In this document: piece by piece, positions 8,544 to 20,717 of the stretch
Position numbering within the stretch: position 1 is the first letter of the stretch
Layout: each line of letters begins with the position of its first letter
Assembly: GCA_913043225.1 (NCBI GenBank)
Contig: CAJWLU010000035.1
Coordinates: forward strand, 1 to 24,186
Direction of reading: 5' to 3'
DNA length: 24,186 nucleotides
Source of the DNA: an uncultured Acidobacteriota bacterium
GTDB taxonomy: Bacteria; Acidobacteriota; Vicinamibacteria; Vicinamibacterales; UBA8438
Translations under genes and position numbers: made by a program
The notes under the pieces: model-generated
Databases searched by the model: none
Told to the model about the DNA's origin: nothing
The model's input: only the letters and a program-made list of their open reading frames with translations

Positions 8544-11201
8544 CTAGAGTTCATTGAACGCGTTCAGAACGACGTGAATCACGTCGGGTTCATCCGCCAC
8601 TACCCGAAACATCAAGAAGCGGTCACCGTCAGGAAAGAGGTCGTAGAGACGCAGCCCGAATCGATGAAGGGCATACTCGCCATCGACGAGTTGCACCGGC
8701 GAACCCACAGTCAGCGTCGGATCAACAGTCACCTGGACGCTCATCAGGGCACCAGTGGGAAGCGTCCGGTAGTACAGTTCCTGCCCGTCCGGAGACCACA
8801 CCGGATGTTGACCGCCCTCACTGGAGACCTGGGTCTTGAGACCGAGGCCAGGAAAGGGCTCGATGAACACCTCGGACACTCCCGTTTCATTCGAGACATA
8901 CGCGATCCACCGCCCATCGGGCGATACACGCCCAGCCTTCTCCAGGCCCGGCGAATCCAAGAGCGGCGACCAAGCGCCGGACCCATCATTCTCGAGCACC
9001 CCGATGTTGTACGACTCTCCAGGCATGTGATACGTGAACACGAGTCGTCCGCCGTCCGGCGTCCATGACTGAGGCACAAGGTAAGGGAGCGCGCCAGGTA
9101 TCTCGACCAACAGTTGTGGGTCTTCAGGAGCGTTGACGGCTTGCTGATACAAGCCCCACTCGCCGGTTCGGTCAGACGCGAACACCACCTCGGAACCATC
9201 GATGGTCCAGAAGGCGTCCATATCAAATCCAGGGTTCGTCGTGAGCCGGCTGACTGTCCCGCTGGTCGCGTCTGCAATCCAGACGTCCAGATCTTCAACA
9301 GTCGCTAGGGTCAGCGCCACATTGCGACCATCGGGAGCAATACTTACGCCCGCGACACCGTTCGCAGCGATCGGCAAAACCGTCTCTATGCCTTCCCGGT
9401 CGACCGACAAGGCACTCTTCTCTGCGACCGAGCTCGTCACCCCCCCCGGCACGTAGACAAGAGAGCCATTCACTGACGTCGCATAGTGAGCTCCTGAAGC
9501 CGTCTGCATCACCCCGGAGACGATCTCCCTTGGATCGCCTGTGACTTCCAGGGTCTCCCTGTCGAAAGGTGCCACAAAGAGCCCTCCGGCACGGGCGTAC
9601 AGCAGATGTCCTGATGAGAGCCAACGCGGATAGAAGCCGCCGTCGGCCACGACGCGGCGCTCACCGGTGGACAGTCTCTGCGCCACGATCTGTCCGGCAT
9701 CGAAATTCACCCCGTCCCGTGCAACCGAGAACAGCATCACATCGCCGCCGGGAAGAAAAGCCGGGAAATCATGATCGGCAGTCGGGTTCTGACGCTCGGT
9801 CAGCGGTTCCGGACTACCTCCTTGAGCAGACACCTGAAATAGCGCCGTAGGTCCCGTTATCCCGAACACAATCGTGTCGTCGTCCGTCCATGCCCCGTCC
9901 AGACCGTTCGTTACTTGGCACACGGTCAAGGGAGCACCTCCGGAGAGTGCGACCTTCCGTATCTCCGTCTCCGTAAAGAAACCGACCCACTGTCCATCGG
10001 GTGAGAAAAACGGCGCTGACGCGTTCTCGGTGCCAGGGATGGCTTCGGCCGTTGTTTGATCTAATTGCCTGAGATACAGGCGATCGTTTGCGCTGTACAC
10101 CAGCTGTTGTCCATCAGGAGACAGCGCAACCGCGCGCGCACTTCGAGGAAACGTCATTCGACCTGCCGGTGCCTCGACAAAGCGAGTGCTCACGAGGTCG
10201 GGAGGTGAACTATCTAGCGCCATGAGCGCGAGAAGAAGCCCCGCACTCGACAGTGCGAACGCACCGCTGAGCCATGCGATAGGACTTTTCCACACGGGTG
10301 CTTCCGAGCCCGCTGCTGTAGCGGCCGGTGGTGCCACTGACGTCTCGAACGCACCGCGCATCGCCAGTCGGACGTCGCCGACGTCCCGAACCCGTTCTCG
10401 AGGATCCTTCTGCAGGCATTGCCTGATGACCGTGTCAAGCGTCGCGGGAAGATCCCCTGGCAACCGGTCCCAGTCCGGCTCCCTCATCATCACCGCGGCG
10501 ACCGTCTCCGACGCGGTCTCACCCTCGAACACGCGCCGTCCGGTCAGCATCTCCAGAAGCACGACGCCAAACGCCCAGACATCGGCACGCTTGTCGACGG
10601 GCTGACCTTTCGCTTGTTCTGGAGCCATGTAGGCAGGTGTGCCAATCACCATACCCATCTGGGTCGCACCAGTAAGCGACATGGTGGCCTGCTCAGAGGC
10701 GTCGGCGGAACCTGTCTCCGCCGCAATTGCCTTCGCAAGACCGAAATCCAGCACCTTGACCGTGCCGTCCGGCCGCACCTTCACGTTCGCCGGCTTCAGA
10801 TCACGATGGACAATTCCTTGTTCGTGCGCAGCTTCGAGCGCATTGGCAATCTGTTCTGCGATGGCCGTCGCGTCATCGACCGACAGCGGCCCGTCGCCAA
10901 TTAGATCGGCGAGCGTCTGACCTTCAATTAACTCAAGGACTAGCGCCTCGGCCTCACCCGTGGACTCCAGTCCATAAATGCTGCCGATGTTCGGATGGTT
11001 CAACGACGCGAGTACCTTAGCTTCGCGGCGAAATCTGGTTAGACGATCCGGGTCCGTCGTAAAGCCTTCAGACAGTAATTTGAGAGCCACCTCGCGATCG
11101 AGGGTTGTGTCGTGGGCGCGATACACCGTTCCCATGCCACCCTCACCGAGTTTCGCGGTGACCTGGTAGGCTCCGACGCGCGTCCCGATCTCAAGAGGCA
11201 T
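8544..11201 (-). CDS. Hanks-type Ser/Thr protein kinase with a TM helix and a C-terminal TolB/PD40-like beta-propeller
   Basis: Kinase motifs LGEGGMGTVY, VALK, HRDLKPAN, DFG, GTPAYMAPE and DVWAFG. A hydrophobic segment follows, then SPDG repeats. Confidence 0.95.
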   Translation of the reverse strand: MPLEIGTRVGAYQVTAKLGEGGMGTVYRAHDTTLDREVALKLLSEGFTTDPDRLTRFRREAKVLASLNHPNIGSIYGLESTGEAEALVLELIEGQTLADLIGDGPLSVDDATAIAEQIANALEAAHEQGIVHRDLKPANVKVRPDGTVKVLDFGLAKAIAAETGSADASEQATMSLTGATQMGMVIGTPAYMAPEQAKGQPVDKRADVWAFGVVLLEMLTGRRVFEGETASETVAAVMMREPDWDRLPGDLPATLDTVIRQCLQKDPRERVRDVGDVRLAMRGAFETSVAPPAATAAGSEAPVWKSPIAWLSGAFALSSAGLLLALMALDSSPPDLVSTRFVEAPAGRMTFPRSARAVALSPDGQQLVYSANDRLYLRQLDQTTAEAIPGTENASAPFFSPDGQWVGFFTETEIRKVALSGGAPLTVCQVTNGLDGAWTDDDTIVFGITGPTALFQVSAQGGSPEPLTERQNPTADHDFPAFLPGGDVMLFSVARDGVNFDAGQIVAQRLSTGERRVVADGGFYPRWLSSGHLLYARAGGLFVAPFDRETLEVTGDPREIVSGVMQTASGAHYATSVNGSLVYVPGGVTSSVAEKSALSVDREGIETVLPIAANGVAGVSIAPDGRNVALTLATVEDLDVWIADATSGTVSRLTTNPGFDMDAFWTIDGSEVVFASDRTGEWGLYQQAVNAPEDPQLLVEIPGALPYLVPQSWTPDGGRLVFTYHMPGESYNIGVLENDGSGAWSPLLDSPGLEKAGRVSPDGRWIAYVSNETGVSEVFIEPFPGLGLKTQVSSEGGQHPVWSPDGQELYYRTLPTGALMSVQVTVDPTLTVGSPVQLVDGEYALHRFGLRLYDLFPDGDRFLMFRVVADEPDVIHVVLNAFNEL

Positions 11202-11462
11202 GTGTGTCGGAACAATCTCCGGGCCGGCTGAGCGAATGGGTGACCCTCATAGGCCTTCCCGAGTTTTCCCCAGCGCAGATCAGGCCGCGGAGAAAGTCAT
11301 AAATGAGTGTCAGATCTTGTATCACAAGAACCGCCTCATTGAAGTCAAAGAACATGAAAGGTAGCAGTGACGCGCTTGCGCCCGCGTGGCGGTTCCCCTA
11401 AGCTCCGAGCTTCTGTAACCGGCACACTGGCCGGTCTCACCACGCAAGAAGGACAATTGCAT

Positions 11463-11795
11463 ATGGCAACCTATCTACTCGAGATTTCCTACACTGCCGA
11501 ATCCATCGCCGCCCAGATCAAGAAGCCGCAAGATCGCCTGAAGACAGCTGCGGTACCAGTCCTCGAGGCCGCAGGCGGCAAGTTAATCGGCGGGGGCTTC
11601 TCGTTCGGCGACCCCCACGCGGTGATGCTATTCGAAGCGCCCAATGACCAGACTGCGGCCGCGGTGACGCAAGTGACGACAGCAGGCGGTGCCATAAAGG
11701 CGTCAAGGACGACCAAGCTGCTTTCAGGCAGCCAGTGGACCTCGGCACTGAGAAAGGCCGGCAAGATCGCCGCAGCTTATACGCCGGCGAAGTAG
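11463..11795 (+). CDS. GYD-domain protein
   Basis: AAGGA RBS before ATG 11463. MATYLLEISYTAES..PQDR..LEAAGGKL..FSFGDPHAVMLFEAP..TTKLLS. Confidence 0.8.
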   Translation: MATYLLEISYTAESIAAQIKKPQDRLKTAAVPVLEAAGGKLIGGGFSFGDPHAVMLFEAPNDQTAAAVTQVTTAGGAIKASRTTKLLSGSQWTSALRKAGKIAAAYTPAK

Positions 11796-11907
11796 ATTCG
11801 CCATCGCTCGGAAGAAGGGAGGCCACGGCAGGCGGCCAGGTACTTCTGGGTCCAGACTCCGCACCGTGGAGAATAGGCCGGGGTTAGGGGTTGCGGACGA
11901 GGGACCG

Positions 11908-12393
11908 TCAGTCGCGCGGGGGGCCGTCTGGCCGAGGACCGCGACGGAAGCTGCCTGGACCGCCGCGGGGACCTCGAGGCCCCCGCTCGCGGCGCCGCAT
12001 CCGCACGATCTCATTTTCGAAGACAGCAAGCTGGTCCTCGGTCAGGATCTCGGCCAGCGCCGAGCTCATCTGATCCTGCTCCGCCTCGAACCTATCGCGG
12101 ACCTCTTCGCTGATCGAACGCATGCGGTCGCGGCGGGAGTCAAACAGCAGCCGAAGCTCCGACTCCTGTTCTGACGTCAGGTCGATGTTACTGGCGATCC
12201 GATCGAGCAACCGCTCGGTCATCCGGGTCACCGGCGCACCACCACCGCGTAGTCCACGGCCCACGAACCGGGGCGTCATCGCGTCATCGACCAGCAGCGG
12301 CCGTAACGCGAATCCCGCCGCCGCCCCGGCCACGAACACGACCAGCACGAAGAGCCCAGCCCAAAGACGCATGTTCGTGCTGTTCATCGACAT
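11908..12393 (-). CDS. Membrane-anchored Spy/CpxP-like periplasmic protein
   Basis: N-terminal hydrophobic helix, two LTxxQ motifs (LTSEQ, LTEDQ) and a Gly/Pro/Arg-rich tail. It is the third gene of the ECF operon. Confidence 0.7.
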   Translation of the reverse strand: MSMNSTNMRLWAGLFVLVVFVAGAAAGFALRPLLVDDAMTPRFVGRGLRGGGAPVTRMTERLLDRIASNIDLTSEQESELRLLFDSRRDRMRSISEEVRDRFEAEQDQMSSALAEILTEDQLAVFENEIVRMRRRERGPRGPRGGPGSFRRGPRPDGPPRD

Positions 12394-12412
12394 TGCTCGT
12401 TCACCAACCGGG

Positions 12413-12910
12413 TCACCGTCGTGCCACGTCGGCGGCGGTCAACACGGTTTCAAGCAGCAGATCATCGCTGACGTCATCCTGCCACAAGACCGAGAACGGG
12501 GGCGCGCTCCCGGTTTCCTCGGCGGCCCACTCGCTGATCAGATCCGCGAACTCGATCGGCTCGGCCGCCTCGGTCGGGCCGAACCCGAAGGCTGCCACCA
12601 CAACCAGTACCGCCGCCACCGGCGCCAACCTGAACGTCCAGATCTGCCAGTTCACCAGGTCAAGCCATGCCGGTTCCGACTCCAAACGAGCCATGATCCG
12701 GGTGGCGAACCCAAGCGGAGCAGCTCGATCCGGCCGCCCGGCGAGAACGTCCGCCACCTCACGCTGCGCCGCTAGCTTATGGCGACAGGCGTCGCAGGTC
12801 TCGAGATGCGCGTCGAGCCGGACGCCCTCGTCACCGTCGAGCCAGCCTTCCATCCGACGCAGAACCAGCGCGGCGGCCTCGTCACACGACGTGGTGGGCA
12901 CGGTATTCAT
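12413..12910 (-). CDS. Zinc-finger (zf-HC2/ZAS) transmembrane anti-sigma factor
   Basis: SCDEA...AHLETCDACR (HxxxCxxC) and one TM helix. Its ATG overlaps the sigma gene stop (ATGA). Confidence 0.85.
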   Translation of the reverse strand: MNTVPTTSCDEAAALVLRRMEGWLDGDEGVRLDAHLETCDACRHKLAAQREVADVLAGRPDRAAPLGFATRIMARLESEPAWLDLVNWQIWTFRLAPVAAVLVVVAAFGFGPTEAAEPIEFADLISEWAAEETGSAPPFSVLWQDDVSDDLLLETVLTAADVARR

Positions 12911-13560
12911 CGGCTCGCTCCTGGTGCGGCGCGCAACGGCGCCAGCAGGCTCCTGAGTCGTTGTCTGCCTCGAAAGATCCGCGACTCCACGGTGCCGATC
13001 GGCGCATCGATCACCACGGCAATCTCCCTGTAGTCGAGCCCTTCCACGTCCCGCAGGACAACCGCCTCTCGCAACGTGTCCGGCAACGCCGAGAGCGCTC
13101 GGTCGATCGCGTCTCGGGTGACGAGCGCCGACTCGGCGTCGGGTCCGCCCGCGGGCACGTCCAACGCGCCCATCGACCGATCCTCATCGTCGAGGCTCTG
13201 GTCGCCGATCCGTTCCCGGCGGCTGCGGCGTTCAAGCGCCGTGCGGGCCAAGTTCGTGGCGATGGTGTAGAGCCACGTCTTGAACGAGCTGTCCCCTCTA
13301 AACCGGCGCAGGGCCCGGTGCGCTCGGATGAACGTCTCCTGCGCGACATCCTCCGCCTCGCCGGAATCGCGGAGAATGGCCGTAGCGTAGTTGACGACTC
13401 GCGTCTGATACTGCCAGACGAGCTGCTCGAACGCGACCAGATCGCCCCCGGCGGCTCGCCCAACCACCTCGGCATCCGGATCCACCTCACGGCAACGGGA
13501 CGAAGCCCGGGTAGGTTCGGCAACCACGGCCTGAGAGGCGGCAGCGTGGTCAGCGGACAT
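12907..13560 (-). CDS. ECF RNA polymerase sigma factor (RpoE/SigW-like)
   Basis: Region 2: EAEDVAQETFIRA..FRGDSSFKTWLYTIATN. Region 4: LREAVVLRDVEGLDYREIA..PIGTVESRIFRGR. The start is 13560 (ATG) or as far up as 13632. Confidence 0.93.
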   Translation of the reverse strand: MSADHAAASQAVVAEPTRASSRCREVDPDAEVVGRAAGGDLVAFEQLVWQYQTRVVNYATAILRDSGEAEDVAQETFIRAHRALRRFRGDSSFKTWLYTIATNLARTALERRSRRERIGDQSLDDEDRSMGALDVPAGGPDAESALVTRDAIDRALSALPDTLREAVVLRDVEGLDYREIAVVIDAPIGTVESRIFRGRQRLRSLLAPLRAAPGASR

Positions 13561-13853
13561 ATCAGGTGTCCCGGCGCCAACCAGCGCTGGCGATTGGATG
13601 ACGGCAGTGTAGGCGACGACGCTGAAGACCACAACACTTCCTGCTCACGGTGTCCTGAAGGTCTACCGGATTCCCGCCTCGGTCTCTATGAGTATCGACC
13701 GGCCTGAGGAGTCAGATATTCCGCCGGAACAGACGGCTCCCGGATTAATCCACGTAACACATTTAAATTGAGATGTTTACAAGAGATGATCTTCCTAGCT
13801 CTACCGGGACAAGACCACCCCGTCAACGATCGCGACAGGCACGGTCAAAGCGT

Positions 13854-13890
13854 TAAGCACCTATAAGCACCTCCAGGCTTTAGGTGCCTT
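13854..13890. promoter_or_regulatory. Direct plus inverted repeat, candidate transcription-factor site upstream of rtcB
   Basis: TAAGCACCT at 13854-13862 and 13864-13872 (10-bp period), with inverted AGGTGC at 13882-13887. Confidence 0.35.
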
Positions 13891-13920
13891 CACGAGACGC
13901 CGTCGGGGTACCCTGACAGT

Positions 13921-17503
<3,583 letters not shown>

Positions 17504-17569
17504 GGTCAAACCTGCGTCAGGCACTTGGAAGGGCCCTCCGCATATGACCGCTCCTCAAGGAGACTCGAG

Positions 17570-18121
17570 ATGAAGACATCGCGACGAGACATGGTGGCTG
17601 CGGCCGGCGGCGGGTTGGCGGCACTGGCCGCACTCGGTGTCACCGAGAACACGAACGCCAAGGGGCAGGCCACGGTCGAGATCAACGCCGACCTCCTTGC
17701 GACGTTGCGAGACTGTGTCGACAAGATGGCGATCAAGGAGCTGTTCGGACGCTACGCGCACGCCATCGACACTGGCGACTCGGAGGGATGGGCCGCCGTC
17801 TTTACCGAAGACGGGCAGTATGAGCTGTTCGGCAACACCACGAAGGGGCGCCCCGCCATCGCGGCCGCCATCACCGGACGGCGCGAGGGCCGGCCTCACT
17901 CACAGCACCGGATGGCCAACCACGTCATTAGCATCGATGGCGACACGGCGCACTCGGTCTGCGAGTTCTGTGTGATCGCGGAACGTCAGGGCAGAATCGA
18001 CACGATCACGGCCGGCTTCTACGAAGATGATCTGAAGCGGGTGAATGGGCAGTGGCTCATCGCGCGGCGGCAGATCCAGATCAAGACCGACCCAGCGATT
18101 CTCGAGCCGCCCGAGGCCTAG
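17570..18121 (+). CDS. Tat-exported NTF2/SnoaL-like protein
   Basis: AAGGAG RBS and signal MKTSRRDMV. The core is AIKELFGRYAHAIDTGD..WAAVFTEDG..YEDDLKRVNGQWLIARR. Confidence 0.85.
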   Translation: MKTSRRDMVAAAGGGLAALAALGVTENTNAKGQATVEINADLLATLRDCVDKMAIKELFGRYAHAIDTGDSEGWAAVFTEDGQYELFGNTTKGRPAIAAAITGRREGRPHSQHRMANHVISIDGDTAHSVCEFCVIAERQGRIDTITAGFYEDDLKRVNGQWLIARRQIQIKTDPAILEPPEA

Positions 18122-18139
18122 CCCGGCTACGTGAGAGTC

Positions 18140-18245
18140 GGTATTCGGAGCGCGGCGCCCGGCTGGCAAGGCGCGAGGCGGGAACAACCAGGCAGGTTGT
18201 GACCGGCAAAGCGACAATGCCGGACGGGATGCCCCCCGAGAACCT
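18140..18245. repeat. Imperfect palindromic intergenic element (REP/MITE-like or terminator)
   Basis: CCGGCTGGCA pairs imperfectly with TGCCGGACGG around an inner hairpin ACAACC-AGGCA-GGTTGT (18184-18200). It lies between convergent genes. Confidence 0.3.
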
Positions 18246-18669
18246 AGGGGACCGGTTCGGCCAAGTACTGCTCGTCGCTGACTGGATCGCCCCACTCCGC
18301 GCCACCGCCCTGCACGGCAATCATTACGAGCCCCTCGTCCGGGGCCGCGCCGTGCCAGTGCATGACGCCACCAGCAGAATAGACAGGGACGCCAGGAACG
18401 AGTTCTCGGAGCGCCCCCCCCTGTTCCTGAAACCGTCCTCGGCCTTCTTCCGGCAACAGGAGCTGGCCCCACCCGTGGCTGTGCCAGTGAGCCCGCGCGC
18501 CCGGGACAAGCCGGACCCTCGCCTTCCTCACTTCTTCGCTGTCGACCACCGTAGGTGGCGGACCGGTGAAAAAGTCGGCCAGCGGGTTCCGCTGCGCGGT
18601 GGCCACGCTCTCCAGGCCAATCCAGACCACCACCACGACCGCGACGAGTGCGAGCGTCTTCTCACGCAT
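18244..18669 (-). CDS. Exported cupin-domain protein
   Basis: GGAG RBS before the ATG at 18669 and a signal peptide. Cupin motifs PGARAHWHSHGWGQ and GGVMHWHGA. Confidence 0.85.
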   Translation of the reverse strand: MREKTLALVAVVVVVWIGLESVATAQRNPLADFFTGPPPTVVDSEEVRKARVRLVPGARAHWHSHGWGQLLLPEEGRGRFQEQGGALRELVPGVPVYSAGGVMHWHGAAPDEGLVMIAVQGGGAEWGDPVSDEQYLAEPVP

Positions 18670-18726
18670 TGGGTGTCTCCACGAGCTGCAGAATCCAGGT
18701 ACTGGACCCGACACGGGCTGGGCAGC

Positions 18727-19215
18727 TCAATCCATCGACCGAATGACCCCGTACATCATCCCGCCGTAAGGGCCATGGTCCCAAGTGCCAGCATAGCGCC
18801 CGTCGTAGAAGACGACCCGCGAGCCGAACGCCTCGCCGAGCCCCGGAATGGCGAAGTCCGTGATCGAGACCATCGGTGTGTCACCGGCCCAAACCATCGG
18901 CACGACGACTGGCAAGGTAACATCCACACTTCCGTAGACCACCCGCACGTCAAAGCGCCAATCGTGCCCGTCGAGCTTGGTCACCGAGGCGATCTCGTAG
19001 AGCTCCGGATTCCCGTCACGGCGCTCCACCCCCTCGATCGTGAAGTGCCCCTCAAGTGCAACGTTCCGCATCCGCTCGGTGAACTCGCGTTCGAGGTCGG
19101 TCAACGAGGCAGGATCGGCCGCACGGCCGGTACCCGTTGTCCCTAGGAGCCACCCCACGCCAAGGGCGAGCAATACCACCACGATACCGCCGACGATCTT
19201 GAGTGAACCTTTCAT
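18727..19215 (-). CDS. Membrane-anchored hypothetical protein
   Basis: GAAGG RBS before the ATG at 19215, an N-terminal TM helix and a beta-rich body (WAGDTP, YAGTWDHG). Confidence 0.75.
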   Translation of the reverse strand: MKGSLKIVGGIVVVLLALGVGWLLGTTGTGRAADPASLTDLEREFTERMRNVALEGHFTIEGVERRDGNPELYEIASVTKLDGHDWRFDVRVVYGSVDVTLPVVVPMVWAGDTPMVSITDFAIPGLGEAFGSRVVFYDGRYAGTWDHGPYGGMMYGVIRSMD

Positions 19216-19463
19216 GTCGCCTTCATGATGACCCAGAAACCACCCAGGCTGGGAAGTGTGCTGCACCTTGGTGCTAAATACAAATCCTGCCTCACGGTGC
19301 GAGAACGCGGTCCCTCCCGCGGCTCTGGCTGGTCACAGGTCGGGACCACCTCGGCTTCGCATAGACCCGCCAGGCGCGTCCGTAAACGGGACACGTACCG
19401 TATTCTGTGGGAGCTGTCATGCGGCCCCGCCCGGGCGAGAGCGCCGCCAAGGAGGTTGAAAGG

Positions 19464-20492
19464 ATGCACTCTGGGATCTCGACAACACTACGCAACCTGT
19501 TCGTCGGCGCGGCGCTCGCGCTTGGTGTCGGCTCCGCAACAGGTCAGCCAACTGGCGCGCTGGAAGCGGCCGTCGAGGAGGGCTGGACCCAGCCGCGCAC
19601 GTCGTGGGGTGCCCCGGATCTACAGGGTATCTGGAACAACACCGCCTGGAACGCCACGCCCCTACAGCGACAAACCGAGGAAGACCTCAGGGAGATCGAA
19701 CGGCGTCGGGCCGCCTTTGCCCGAAGCGGCGCCCGCGGTCTGGGCTATGACATCGGGGTATGGGGCGAGGGTGTCCGTGGGGGACGCTCGCAGCCGCCGA
19801 TCGAACTGAGCCACCTCGTGGTAGATCCGGCGGACGGTCGGCTGCCTCCCCTGACCCCGGAGGCCCAAGCACGGCTCAACGCGAGACGCGAGGCCCGCCG
19901 CGGTCTGTCGATGGACGAACCGCGACCGGGCGCGTGGGTCGAGGACGTCACCGTCTGGATGCGCTGCATCTCACGCGGGCTTCCCGACGCGATGTTCCCC
20001 AGGCTGTACAACAACAACTACAACATCATGCAAACGCGCGACTACATCGTGATCTACTACGAGATGATCCACGATGCGCGCATCATTCCACTGGACGGGC
20101 GACCGGGACTTCCCGAGGATTTTCGGCAATGGAACGGCGACGCCCGAGCCCACTGGGACGGCGACACCCTTGTGGTCGAGACGGATCGGTTCGTCGGCCA
20201 GGAGTTCAACCTCATTCCACATGGCGGCGGCGGAGCGGGTACCTACAGCGGAGCCAGCAAAGAGCTGCGTCTGACCGAGCGCTTCACCCGGCTCAGCGAT
20301 GATTTTATCGAGTACGAGTTCACCATCGATGATCCTGGCCTCTACACAAGACCCTGGACCGGGGTGATCCCGCTCACCACGATCGAGAGCCCGGACAGCA
20401 TCATCGAGTACGCGTGCCACGAGGGGAACTACTCCATCGTGGGGGCGCTCAGCGGAGCGCTGGCCCGAGACCGATCGTCGTCCCAGGACTGA
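19464..20492 (+). CDS. Exported hypothetical protein (PDLQGIW...YACHEGN type)
   Basis: AAGGAGG upstream and a signal peptide. Motifs PRTSWGAPDLQGIW, RCISRGLP, GDARAHWDGDTLVVET, LTERFTR and EYACHEGN. Confidence 0.85.
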   Translation: MHSGISTTLRNLFVGAALALGVGSATGQPTGALEAAVEEGWTQPRTSWGAPDLQGIWNNTAWNATPLQRQTEEDLREIERRRAAFARSGARGLGYDIGVWGEGVRGGRSQPPIELSHLVVDPADGRLPPLTPEAQARLNARREARRGLSMDEPRPGAWVEDVTVWMRCISRGLPDAMFPRLYNNNYNIMQTRDYIVIYYEMIHDARIIPLDGRPGLPEDFRQWNGDARAHWDGDTLVVETDRFVGQEFNLIPHGGGGAGTYSGASKELRLTERFTRLSDDFIEYEFTIDDPGLYTRPWTGVIPLTTIESPDSIIEYACHEGNYSIVGALSGALARDRSSSQD

Positions 20493-20717
20493 CCAAAGGC
20501 GGAAACCCGAGGTTGCCGCTGACCGACTGGGTGATGACGGCCGCCGTCGTCTGTGTCTCACCTGACGTGGACCGGCCTACACCGGGCGGATGCTCGACAG
20601 GGTGTCGAACCGGAAATAATCCGAGATGCTCGGCTAAAGCACCGTGCCGGTGACCTCGAAAGCCAGACGCGGGGTGCGTTTTCCGAGTGGTTAGGAAGGA
20701 TATTCCGGCGCTGGAAC

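Noticed and set aside
8133..9068. 311-aa + strand ORF
   Set aside because: It is antisense to the DUF3303 gene and the kinase 3' end.
12122..13707. + strand ORFs over the ECF operon
   Set aside because: Shadows of the sigma, anti-sigma and Spy-like genes.
13753..13780. AT-rich imperfect inverted repeat GTAACACAT..ATGTTTAC as a dif/Xer site
   Set aside because: It does not match the XerC/XerD 11-6-11 consensus and may simply be promoter sequence.
18052..19146. 364-aa + strand ORF
   Set aside because: It overlaps two well-supported minus-strand genes and is Arg/Pro-rich with no motifs.
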